From Octopus sinensis (taxonomy: Eukaryota), in contig NC_042998.1 in NCBI RefSeq assembly GCF_006345805.1, positions 160,704,001 through 160,768,000 on the forward strand: a DNA stretch of 64,000 bases, written 5' to 3'. Shown here one piece after another: positions 12,889 through 24,725 of the stretch (position 1 is the stretch's first letter; every line of letters begins with the position of its first letter). The notes beneath the pieces were generated by a model. It saw only the letters and a list, made by a program, of their open reading frames with translations. It was not told the DNA's origin and did no database searches. The position numbers and the translations under genes were made by a program.

Positions 12889-13226
12889 TCTCTATATAAA
12901 GCTGAAGTTGTCTGTGTGCACCACGTTTGGTAACCTTCAACTAACACTATCTCCTCCGAGACACTGCAGCGCAAGTTGACCAAAATTGAGAGTATGATAG
13001 AAGAAGGGTTGCTCTTCCTTCCGTAGAACATAACATTCAAATCGGACCATGTTAACACCAAAAATTATTTACATCAAAAAGCTGCTTTTTTCTATGATTT
13101 TTTCACTGCTGTGTCGCCACTTTTCGGTGTATTTCGACCAGAAAAATGTTCACAAAGTTTTTACTTTTCAAAATTACAATTCCAGCGGGTCGAAACAAAC
13201 CCGAGCAACGCCGGGCGATACTGCTA

Positions 13227-13227
<1 letters not shown>
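12889..13227 (+). mobile_element. Non-autonomous Helitron
   Basis: A|TCTCTATATAAAGCTGAAG 5' end, 3' hairpin CCCG-AGCAACGC-CGGG then CTAG|T. Inserted between A and T with no TSD. Confidence 0.85.
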
Positions 13228-13276
<49 letters not shown>

Positions 13277-13369
13277 GTATATATATGTATATATACATAC
13301 ATATATGTAGATACTTACATATATATGTATATACATATGCATATATGGGTACAGAACACCATAAAATGT

Positions 13370-13735
13370 AAACAACATGAAATATGAAATAAGAAAACAT
13401 GGAATGCAAGCTTTTTTTGCGAACAACGAAAGAAACAAATGGAAAAAAGACAAGTAACATAAAGAACGACCCTTCATCAGTTGTCAACTGTTTATCTACT
13501 CCACATTTCGAGAAATTACGACAAGATGTGTCTTCATGAGAACAGTTGCTCCTGCAAACCAAAATATAATTTGGGATTTGCAGAGGGTCACAGTTGGTAA
13601 CAAAAGCAGGACAGAGAAAACAAACAGTAAAGGCTGCTAAGCCATAATGAGGTGAGGTGGCAAATGTTGGAGAGACAAGCTTTGACAGGAGAAAAGATAG
13701 GAAAGGAGACATACAAGAATGCGTGTGGTCTGTGT
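13370..13735 (-). mobile_element. Putative Penelope-like non-coding remnant
   Basis: Non-coding interspersed-repeat-like segment next to a TA microsatellite, carrying a hammerhead-like fold at 13486-13547. Family assignment is inference. Confidence 0.35.
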
Positions 13736-13960
13736 AGGCCTCCATGTTGAGTCTGAGGGCATGTGGGAAAATGAATAGAGGCATAACATTGCCATCAGAA
13801 GTGATCACTCGAAACACCATGATACTGACTGGATGTTTGATTTTTATCACTCTCAGTACATCTCTTCAGATTGCACTGTCTTCAGATTGACACCCAAACA
13901 CTCTGAAACGAATGCCAAGCAGTACAGCATGTCATTTCTAAATTTCTGGTGGAGTGAATT
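13735..13960 (-). pseudogene. Internally deleted maT/Tc1-like transposase
   Basis: PPEI*K*HAVLLGIR (N-terminus) joined almost directly to IKIKHPVSIMVFRVITSDGNVMPLFIFPHALRLNMEAY (catalytic-domain segment). Confidence 0.8.
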
Positions 13961-14801
13961 ATCATGATGTTGTTTTTCTCACAGATGGTACCCAACTGAC
14001 CCTACTATACTTTGTAGTCAACAAAATAAAAAGCAAACATTGTGCATGCATAAAATGAAAAAAATAAAATGGTGAAAATTTACCCATTGCACCCTGTATA
14101 TGGTAAACTGATAACAAAAGACAGATTCAAAAACAAAAACAACAAAGTCTATGGTTTATTTTATCAATTCTGAAAGGAAAATGTTTTAAAGGGAAAATTA
14201 AAAATAAAAATGAAATGTTTTAGGCATAGCTCTTCATTGAACATACAAAGAAAAGTACAGAGAAGAAAAGAAAGAAAGTGGAGGAAAAAAGAGATGGGAA
14301 AATTGAGTCAAGAAAAAAAGTATGTAACATGTTTAATTATTAACTATAAAGGTATAAGTGTGTTTCTTTCTCCTTTCTATGACATCACATGGTAATTGTT
14401 AAATGAGTGTTGTTGTCATGCAAATGGTTTCCTTTATTTCAAATCTTCTGTGAAAACAAGTATGGTTATAGAAGAATATGATCTTGCTTGAAAACAGGTG
14501 AGGGTGATGACAAGAAGGACAGAAAATCCTCAACAAAATTATATCCAACCTGTGTGAGCATGGAAAGTGGATGTTAAACCAATGATAATGATATGTGTGT
14601 GTATGTATGTGAGTGCGTGCATGCATGCATGTGTGCACATTCATACATATAGAATTTAATTCACAAGAATAGAACTTGACATTTTTTGTGTCTATGCACA
14701 TATGCTTCTCGTCTGCTCAATGGGAATAAAATTATTTGAGTTCTGCTGTGCCTTTATTCCATAAATAACTTTAACATTTTTTGTTGCCTATACAATTGCA
14801 T

Positions 14802-15035
14802 GTGGAGGTATGTGGCTTAGTGGTTAGGGTGTTGGGCTCACAATTGTAAGATTGTAGTTTCAATTCCTGGACTGAGCGACTTGAGCAAAACATTTCATTT
14901 CATGTTGGTCCAGTCCACTCAGCTGGCCAAAATGAGAAATCCTGCAATGGACCAGTGTCCTATCCGGGTGGGGAATATATACATCATGAAACTGGGAAAA
15001 CTGGCCCTTATGAGTTGGCATGAGCCAAGAAGGTA
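14802..15035 (+). mobile_element. tRNA-headed SINE, family D
   Basis: Box A-like GTGGCTTAGTGG, box B-like GTTTCAATTCC, CORE-like CTTGAGCAAAACATTTCATTTCA..CCAGTCCACTCAGCTGG. A second copy lies at 38640-38890. Confidence 0.8.
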
Positions 15036-15144
15036 ACCCTTATTTTACTTTACTATAGGACTGCATGTTGTAAGAGATTAAGCAGCAGCAAAGTAAATCA
15101 TCACTCCTGAACTAACAAACTCTACAACATATATGTGTGTGTGT

Positions 15145-15186
<42 letters not shown>

Positions 15187-15384
15187 CTTATATGTTAAAA
15201 CAAAGCTATATAAATGAAACGTTGTAGACAAAAACTATTGAAGGGATTGTCTCTGTTCTTAGGTGCTTTGAATAGAGTTCATGCTATTGTAAGCATTCAA
15301 GTCAGAATAACTTCTCCCCTTCCCTTTTCAGGTTTTGGAGTATTTGTAGAGGGTCATAGTACAGTCATCTCTCATTTAATCAAT

Positions 15385-15760
15385 TAAATAAAGAACTGGA
15401 AAAATGAAATTACCTACAAAGTAGCATATCTTGTATCCAAAATTCCAAATGCAAGACAGTATCAAAAAAACTTTATCAGTCTCACAAGTACACTCAAGAA
15501 CTCATATACTCACCACATCAACTCTTTTTTGTGTGACAGAACTAAGAAAAGAAAATGTGATATCACTATACAAATATTTGAGAACATTCCAAGAAAATGG
15601 CACATGTTTGGTGAATAATGGAAACTGTTAGTCTTTACATCATTAGATAAAAATGTCACCTGAAGCCTTTATGTGGTCAGTCAGTCACTAAAAATAGATA
15701 CCAAATCTCGCTCAAATACCATTTTACAATGTTTGAAACAAAGGACATATTAGAAGACGA
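15385..15760 (+). pseudogene. Penelope-like GIY-YIG endonuclease fossil
   Basis: EITYKV..KNFISLTSTLKNSYTHHINSF resembles the IIYKA..YIGLTE.TFK.RY..H..SF pattern. A shifted frame gives ISLYKYLRTFQENG, then *WKLL and KSRSNTILQC. Confidence 0.5.
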
Positions 15761-17389
15761 TGAATTCATTATATCTGAAGAAATAAAGAACTGGATTGAC
15801 AAGACTGGAATGCTCTTGATCATAAGTCTGCTGGATTTGGGTTAATTTGGAGCTAAACAATGCTGTGACAAAAATGGCATAAGAGTAAAATATTTTTATG
15901 ACATCTTTCAGAATTTTATAAGAGTTTTTGATTTTATAGAATTCATGTCTTTGCCAAAGGTGAACTGTGACTGATTTGAAGCAGTTATATGGACACTGAA
16001 ACTGAGCTATTGACCCAATATATCAAAGATATATCTATCAGGAGCAATATTTGAATGTTATATTTCCAGCACATTTCTTTTAAGTTCTATTTTGATCTCT
16101 TCTAATGCTGACAAAATAGCTACACTGACCCATTGAGGTCAAATAAACACACTGGGAAGACCAACAAATTGAAAAATCTCAACTTTTTAATGATGCTATT
16201 GAGTCAAACATGAACTGAGTTTATACTGGCTAAAATGTAAGTTTGGTAATTGTATGAGCATGTAGTCAGCTAGGATATCATGGATTATCCAAGGATCTAA
16301 TTTTATCCAATAATATGTATAAATATATATTTATAAATTATTATATTTTTTAAACAATAAATATCATTCAAAATTTCTGCACCACTGGGATACTGATAAA
16401 ATACAGACAGCATTTTTAATTACACTTATAATTATCTGTGTGTAGATAAATATAAGGATAATATATTTTATTTTATTACCCTTTATATTGTAAACAATGT
16501 ATTTTATTGAATGTATTCTTTCTAATAACTTCTGTTTTATATATGCATTAAATCTTATATATTATTTAGTGTGAAATCATTCAGTTTATAGTTTCTTGAA
16601 ATACAGTATGTCTTCCGAATTTGTCAATTTAAATCTTCTACAGTAATTAGTCTTGTCTAAAACATACAATGGATTTAAGTTAAGGGAAAATCTAGAATGT
16701 TAGTTAAGCATGGAACATTTCCAATTCATGAAATGAGTTTATGTAGAAAAAGACGGTGTCATGTTGGAGCTGTATGGGCAGTTGTCCCATTTTGTCAGTA
16801 CCAGGTTCAACCTTTTAATCACATGTATCTTAATTTGATCTATCACTTTTAAAGAAAAGACATTTGTGTCAGTAAAAATGCTATTTAATGATACTAACTG
16901 AATAAATGCTGCACAGCTTTATAATAAATTCAATGAAAAACAGCCAATTGTGGAACCATTTTATAATTTCTTCTATTGTGTGTCAGATTTTCTAATTAAT
17001 AACTTGACCAAGAAGCCAAAAATTGCTAAAATTGAACAAGAATATTATCTCAAAATCTTTGTCATCTGTCTGAGAAATGATTAAGAAATTCTCAACTTGT
17101 CTTATTTTTGGTTATGATGTGTTGAAAGTTTGAATAATAAAGTAAAATATCTTCAAGTAAGATATTTTCAGGACAAAGTACAATTAATGTGAATAGCAAA
17201 AGAATCCTGCATGAATTCCAACAATGAGTGTTCCAGTTTCTCAGTTCAACTAAACCACTATTCAATGAATTATGGTGTAAGAGGCTGTATCCTTAATGTA
17301 ATCGTCAGTTACTTATCTAATTGCACCTGTAAAGCTTTGGTTGGGCTGACTAATTCACACACTCAATAAATAAGTGATGCTAATATCAT

Positions 17390-17800
17390 ATCTTTTATAT
17401 TTCACTTGTTTCAGTCATTGAACTGCGGCCATGCTGGAGCACCACCTTGAAGGGTTTTTTAGTCAAACAAATCAACTTATCTTTTTAAAAGCCTAGTACT
17501 TATTCTATTGATCTCTTTTGCTGAACTGTTAAGTTACAGGGATGTAAACATACCAATACTGGTTATCGAGCAGTGATGGGGGGACATTAACAGACACAAA
17601 GACACACACACATAGATATATACATATATACGATAGGCTTCTTTCAGTTTCTGTCTACCAAATCCATTCACAAGGCTTTGGTTGGCCTGAGGCTACAGTA
17701 GAAGACACTGGCCCAAGGTGCCATGCAGTGGAACTAAATCTGGAACCCTATGGTTGGGAAGCAAGCTTCTTACCACACGGCCACACTTGTGCCTACACAG
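17390..17800 (-). mobile_element. SINE family B, full length
   Basis: TTTCAGTCATTGAACTGCGGCCATGCTGGAGCACC ... CAAATCCATTCACAAGGCTTTGG ... CCCAAGGTGCCA ... CTTACCACACGGCCAC. Confidence 0.9.
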
Positions 17801-19058
17801 CCATGCCTGCACCTATTTAAACCTATTATCAAATGTTAGTTGCCACTGAAAACATGCTGTGATGAGAGTGTATTTTTCACAAAGATGCATAAAAAACTGT
17901 TGATAGAAATATTGAAATTCATAATCTGATCTAAGATATTTAGATATTTACTCTTACAGTGCTGAGATTGTCCTTTCATCCCAAAGAAAAAATGCACTTA
18001 GTGCTGTAAACTATCAAAGCACTTGTTACTTGTATGGTGTTTACAATAGGGAATTATAACCTTATTTTCTATCTACATAGAGCTAAATACACTAAGCTGT
18101 TGAAAGTGTCTTGGTTACAAATGCATTGCCAATGACAGAATGCAGAAAAAGATCTCTTAGCTGGCCACTCCATACACATTTAAGTCAACCATCTGGAGAA
18201 AGACTAGAAATTTTGTTGGTTAGTTTGTTGTACTTGTGTCTAAATGTTCACATAGTGGAATCTGTCTGTTATTGGGAACTTGTATTTGTTGTTGATGAAT
18301 AGGGAGTCTGTTTCTCAAGGTAAGTATCATTTGTCCTTTGTAATTTTTATTAGATTCAGTATATTTAATATCATAATTAATTTTTTGATGAACAAGTGAA
18401 GTGCTAAAATTTAGTGATATGTGCATTGGTTTTATAAAATCTAAAAGGATAAAAGGGAGTACAGTTTTCTCCCTTTGATCAGTGAGTTTAGCTTAACTTC
18501 TTTAAAACAAATATAAACAAACATGTTTTAATTTAGATGGTTTCTTATGACGTAAGACTGATAGATACATGTGCTGCTGTGTGAATTTGCGTTGCACAGG
18601 ATGTTAGAGTTAATAAGAATACTGAACTTTCATACTGCTGTCATCAGCACAACTCACTACTGGCAAAATTAAAGCATTAGTTGGTGGCCATTATTTCATA
18701 ATATATACTGAAGCTTCACTGAAATTCTACTGAATTCTAATGGAAGCAAACATGACTGTATTCTAATCTCTTACATCAGAGTTGTCTCCAATTTAGCAGC
18801 TGCTATAACAATTAACAGTTTTTTAGTAATTTTCTACCTTGTAATCTAAACTAACTAATCAGAATGACTTATATACGTCGTTCAATGACAAGTGACCTTT
18901 GTAGCTTCATCACGTAACATCTGAATGATAAGATAGGCTTTACACTTGTAAAACTTTATATAATGCAGATTTAAGTAAATGAACACGTCATATAAATATT
19001 TAACAATCATGTACATGTTGAGTTCCCTTTTCTTTTGTTTGTACACCTATATGTTTAC

Positions 19059-20365
19059 CAAAGGTGGGCACCATTAATTGAAAATTTAACTTGTTACCCA
19101 TTAATCAGTTAATTCTATAAAAATGTAACACAAATTCAATATAGAAAAAACAAAAAATCAGTTTTTGCTCTAAAAATCACCCAAAGACACCTTTAAAAAG
19201 TGCCAAAACTATAAAATCAAGCCCTTTTTGCCTTTTTAAGGGCTTTAGAACCCAAAAAACTATAGTTTTTTTTTTGCTTTTGAGTTATAAATGCTGATTT
19301 TATAGTTTTAACTTTTAAAAGACCTAAAAAAGGCTGATTTCATAGTTTTGGCCTCTTTTTTATTTTAGGTTTTAAAAGGCTTTTAGAGCTAGAAAAAGGT
19401 AAAAAAAAAATCAGAGGAAGCACAATATTAGTATTAAATTAAAATAAATTAAGCGTTCCATATTTTTTTAATAAAGGCGGTGCTCCAGCATGGCCGCAGT
19501 CAAATGACTGAAACAAGTAGAAGAGTAAAGAGTAAATAAATTAAAAAAGGAAAAACACAATAAGTACATAATTTAATTTTTTTTTTTCCTCTTCTTCTTG
19601 TTCTCCATTTTGTTCATGAGATGCATGTTGCCCTTCATGAAAATTAGCATGTCAAAGTTTTCATCAGACAGGGATAATCTCTTGGCCCTAAAGATGTCCT
19701 TGCTCATAAAGAACAAATGTTCCACTGCAGCACTTGAGGGGATGGCTGCATTGAACTTGAACAAGTCTACCAACATTTGCTCACCCAAGAAGGCAGCATC
19801 TGTCAGCAAGTGTTTGGAGTTGGTTTCCAACCAGGTCTTGACCAAATTCTGGGCCTTTTCCTTGAATGACCCGTGGCTTCCGCTGCTCTCTATTGGCTGG
19901 GTGACACCATTGAAGAAGTCAACCTCCTCTTCATTGCTGTGCCTCCACTGTTGCTGCTCACTTCATCAGACCCCATCGACCTTACCCTCCATGTTTTTAC
20001 TCACCTTGATGTTGTCATACTTATCCAACTAGATGAGTTGAAACCTGGGGTGGAAAGCAGCAACCACCTAGCATTCCTCATCCTCTAAGAGGGTTCTGAA
20101 CCTTTTGTTGATGCCTGCCAAAAGTGAATCAACCAAAAGGCTGTAGTAGACATGGCCCTTGGAGTTCAAATCCTTAAGCCTAAAGATCATCACAGCAACT
20201 TGAGTTAACAGAATTTAACTGAAGCAAACTTGAATTAATGGCAGTTAAATGTAACAAAAGTTAATTAAATTAGTCCTATGATGATTTCTAAAGTTAACTT
20301 AAAAGTTAAATTGGTAACCTCATTAATTAACGATTATCAGATTAACAGTTTGGTGCCCAGGTTTA
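19059..20365 (-). mobile_element. Internally deleted hAT DNA transposon with TIRs and 8-bp TSD
   Basis: TSD ATGTTTAC at 19051-19058 and 20366-20373. 15-bp TIRs CAAAGGTGGGCACCA / rc TAAACCTGGGCACCA. Dimerisation-domain remnant FNAAIPSSAAVEHLFFMSKDIFRAKRLSLSDENFDMLIFMKGN, plus AAFHPRF. Confidence 0.93.
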
Positions 20366-20419
20366 ATGTTTACACTTATCCCTTTACACATATGCTAATT
20401 TAATTTTGTTGTTATATAG

Positions 20420-20845
20420 GTGCAGGCATTGCTGTGTAGTAAGAAGCTTGCTACCCAGCTACGTGGTTCCAGGTTCAGTCCCATGGCATGACACCTTGGG
20501 AAAGTGTCTTTATTATAGCCTCAGGCTGACCAAAGCCTTATGAATGGACTTAGTAGATGGAAACTGAAAGAAGTCCATCTTATATATATATATATAATAT
20601 ATATATATATATACATGTGTGTCTGTACGTGTCTTTATGTCTGTGCTTGTCCCTCCATCACTGCTTGACAACTGGTGTTGGTGTGTTGACATCCCTGTAA
20701 CTTAGTGGTTTGGCAAAGACATATAGAATAAGTACTAGGCTTAAAAAAATATGATCTAGGGTTGAGTTGTTCAATTAAAACCCTTGAAAGCAGTGCTCCA
20801 ACATGGTTGCAGTTAAATGACTGAAACAAGTAAAAGAATAAAAGA
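20420..20845 (+). mobile_element. SINE family B, full length
   Basis: GCAGGCATTGCTGTGTAGTAAGAAGCTTGCT head through GTGCTCCAACATGGTTGCAGTTAAATGACTGAAACAAGTAAAAGAATAAAAGAA tail, with a central TA/TG microsatellite. Confidence 0.9.
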
Positions 20846-21605
20846 ATATGAAGGTTTTCTTTATAAAAAATTCCCACTTCCAGAAAGTGTTGTATGAAAT
20901 TCCTCAGTCTATACTTTGTGCAACTAAAGGGAATAGGTCAGATACAGAAGTAGCAATCATTTGGCACTTGACAGAATATTTTTGTTGCATAAAGATATCT
21001 GCAATCTCCTCATTGCCAAAAATTTCTTTTCAATTATTTGAATTTTTAATGTATGTTACAGAACAGATGATGGAAGTTTTGATTATTTTCCCAAAATGTT
21101 TAATTTTGTATAAGCTAAGATTTTCTGCAATAATAATATTTATGAACTTAAAATTTAAAATTTTTTTTCACTTTTAAAAGATATTTTATATGATAATTTC
21201 AAAGAGATTCAACTCCAAAATGAGTTTACTTAAAAAAAAGATTGAAAGAAAAAGAAATTCATTAATGTAGAATGAAGATATAAAATAAAGTCCAGTTTTA
21301 TGACATCAGACTATATAAACTGCAATATTCATGGACAATTTTTGCCAGAGACATCAGAAAAAGGTCTTCATTGGAAATCTGTCATATCCCAAATCTTACA
21401 CGCATCAGAGTTGGTCATGGGCTGTAGACTGAAGAAATGTGTCTGGTGCTATTTATTAGTACATTTTCTGACAATGACAGCACATTTATTGTTGGGCCAG
21501 TGATGATGTATGCAAAAGAATGTCAGTAGATGGCAGACAATATATCTAACGATATTCACATGACTTGCTAACAATCATGCAAGTAAGAGATAGAGAAAAG
21601 ACGTA

Positions 21606-21752
21606 AGAATACACAGAAGTGTATGCATACACAGATGCACTTCTGTGTATGCATACACCTGTGTATGCATATGTGTATATACATATATGCATACATCTGT
21701 GTATGCATATGTGTATATACACATATGCATACACAGATGCACATACATATAC
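21606..21752. repeat. Palindromic low-complexity array
   Basis: Units GTGTATGCATAC / ATATGTGTATATAC in both orientations, including a perfect 46-bp palindrome at 21694-21739. Confidence 0.9.
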
Positions 21753-22154
21753 TAACGTCATTTTGGAACAAATATTCATTCTTATAAAACAATTCCTTTT
21801 TCTAACTAATAATCCATGTAGTACAATAGATAGAAATATAGAAATATATCGGTAAATAACACTGAGATTCTCACACAGATGCATGTTGAGGCAAAGAGAG
21901 AAAAATATACAAATATTTCATGTATGCAACATGAAATATTTGTGTGATCATATGTGTGTGTATTTATTTCTTGTATGATTTGTATGCATATGCTGGAGAA
22001 AAATTCTGATACACGATTATCATACATACCTGTAAACAGTATCATGTGTGTGTGTGTGCATGCATGTGTGTGTGTGTGTGAATGTGTGTGTATATATATA
22101 TGCCAGCATGGAAAGTGGACATTAAATAGTGATGATATACATACATACACAGAA

Positions 22155-22188
<34 letters not shown>

Positions 22189-22356
22189 TCATACATGTCC
22201 CCCCCACACACACACATGTGTGCACATATATGTATATTTCTATAGACAATTTCATGCAAATAATTCTACACAAAATCATAAACACATACAACTAACCACA
22301 TGCACAGATATGAGATAGGAAACTGTAACTTTCACATATTAAACCCACCATATATT

Positions 22357-22427
<71 letters not shown>

Positions 22428-23859
22428 CATACAGTTACACGTATCCATGCTCATATAACAAAACAAGCAAAACAACAACAGTAAATAGATAACTCTATAA
22501 AACTTTCATTATTCTTCCTTTTCCTTTTCTGTCTTATAGCTCTCCAGAAATTCTGGATATAAAGAATGACTGCAAACTCCACTGGTTTTTCCATTTATAG
22601 AAAATTCTATGATCATAAGAGTTTATGTCTGTGCTTTGCTTAATAATGTGCTTTCTCCTTCATCTGTCTGTCATTGTCTCATTTCAATTCACTCCTTCTT
22701 TATGTTGTAGTCTTTTTATCTGCTTTTTTAATTCTTTTTATTTATATATTTAGCTACTCTTTTCTTCACTTTCCTGTCTATTTGTTTTTGTTTTTATATA
22801 TTATTATTAAGTTTCCATCCTCTTTCTTCCCCTTCACAACAGCACTTTCTAATATTTTTCTCTGACAGGTTTACTCTTTCCTCCTTTCTCTGAATTTTTG
22901 GTTCCTTTCTATTGTATTTCCCTTTCTTTGCATCCCTCCATAATAAATTTGTTAATAAACTTTGCCATCAAATAAATATGTAATTTTCCAAATGAATCAC
23001 AAATATTTATTATCTGCTGTATAATATATGTGCAACTTTGGTGTTTTTGTTCATTTTGTTATTCTGTTCATGGAGACAAAGCTATAAAAACACATTGATA
23101 TAAAACACTAAGAAAGCAAATGAGCAACCACATAAAAAGAACATTTAGATGTGCAAAGAAACAGGCATAGATATACACAAATACCAGTACATACAATAAG
23201 TGAGCTTGTTTATATCCCTGAAATAGCTTATCTAAACCAGATAATAATTTTACTGAAATTCAAAATATAAGGAAATTTTATTTCATAGAAATTCTTATTC
23301 CTTCCACATTTAACTAACACTGAAAAGACGAATTTATGAATGAAACCTTCTATTGTTTAAGCATGAAGTGAATTCTTTATATATTTTTTTAAGATTATAA
23401 TTCTATATTACATAAAATATGCTATTATAAATAGATACATATTTGATAAAAAAAAATGAACTTAGCTTTTCAGTTACCTTGCTATATATCTTAAATTATA
23501 TATAAATCTAGAAAAAATATGTAATTCAATCATAATATTAAGAAAACATAAAATAGACACAATTTAGTCTGAATAATAGAAAGAAATGAAGGACAAAAAA
23601 TGTGGGCAATACATCAAACTTATAAAATTGAGAGATATTTTGTCTCAAGATATCCTGTCATTCACTTCTCAAGTGTAAATAAACTATTTCAATGTTAAAT
23701 AAGTGCTTGAGCATAATGGCTTTAAAACTAAGAAAAAGCTGTTCTTAATAGTTATTAAGTTCAGTTCTTAAAGAGAAAGGGTCAATGTTTTGCCGAGTAG
23801 AGAAAGTTTGAACCTGCTCTATTCCTAACCTATTAGAGGTGACCAGTTGCCAAAGCCAT

Positions 23860-23985
23860 TCAAGTGTGGGATGGATTGCTTTACAACAGGTTTTCATGAC
23901 CTCTACTTTAAGTTCAAATCTCACCAAAGTCAACTTTGCTTTTCATCCTTTTAGGGTTGATTAACAGGAATACCAGTGCTATACT
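23860..23985 (+). mobile_element. SINE family A (partial)
   Basis: AAGTTCAAATCTCACCAAAGTCAACTTTGCTTTTCATCCTTTTAGGGTTGAT..TACCAGTG. Confidence 0.75.
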
Positions 23986-24419
23986 GGAGTTGATTCTTCT
24001 CTTCCTTTCATTTTGTCTTTCTGTCTGTTCATGTCTCGCTCTCTCTAGGAGAAACTGAGTTCAGATCTGGAAAACAATGGGCTCCACCAGAACTAAAAAC
24101 TGTCGGAAGACACTGTTTGTCATAACGACACCTTTATGACTCTATCAAAGATATACAGGGGAAAGGCCAAGTATTTTATTATTGGGAACAGAGTATCTAG
24201 AATGACATACTGAGATCAGCAGATAAAGGGAAAAACGTATTTTTATCATTTGTGATGGTGTAACTGAAGATTAAATACATAATCAAGAAATAGAAATTCA
24301 AATAAATTTTGCCATCAAATAAATATGTAATTTTATCATTTGTGATAAATGTTGTGTTAACAACAAACAAGATGAGGACAAATATCCGTCAAATGTAAAT
24401 AATGTGAATCGATCCTAGT

Positions 24420-24547
24420 ACTTATTTTTTCAGCCTGGTACTTATTCTATCAGTCTCTTTTGCCAAACTGCTAAGTGGTGGTGGTGGTGAGGGGGACAAA
24501 CACAGACACAAAAACACACACACATAGATAGATAGATAATGCATACA

Positions 24548-24583
<36 letters not shown>

Positions 24584-24725
24584 TATATATACATATACGT
24601 TGGGCTTCATTCAGTTTCCAAATACCAAATCCACTCTCAAGGCTTTGGTTGGCCAGGAGTTATAGCAGAACTGAACCCAGAACCATGTGGTTGGGAAGCA
24701 GGCTTCTTACCACACACCCATTCCT
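24420..24725 (-). mobile_element. SINE family B (internally deleted)
   Basis: GCCTGGTACTTATTCTATCAGTCTCTTTTGCC ... CAAATCCACTCTCAAGGCTTTGGTTGGCC ... AACCATGTGGTTGGGAAGCAGGCTTCTTACCAC. Confidence 0.85.

Noticed and set aside
13224-13850. 208-aa ORF, the longest in the track
   Set aside because: Chance read-through of a transposase fragment, a non-coding repeat and a TA microsatellite (IYIYIY).
19598-20032. 144-aa plus-strand ORF (and 19873..20088)
   Set aside because: Antisense shadow of the hAT transposase remnant on the minus strand.
21300-21503. Protein-like peptides (CKIWDM WD40-like on minus, YDIRLYKLQYSW on plus)
   Set aside because: In-frame stops nearby, no repeat periodicity and no good splice boundaries.
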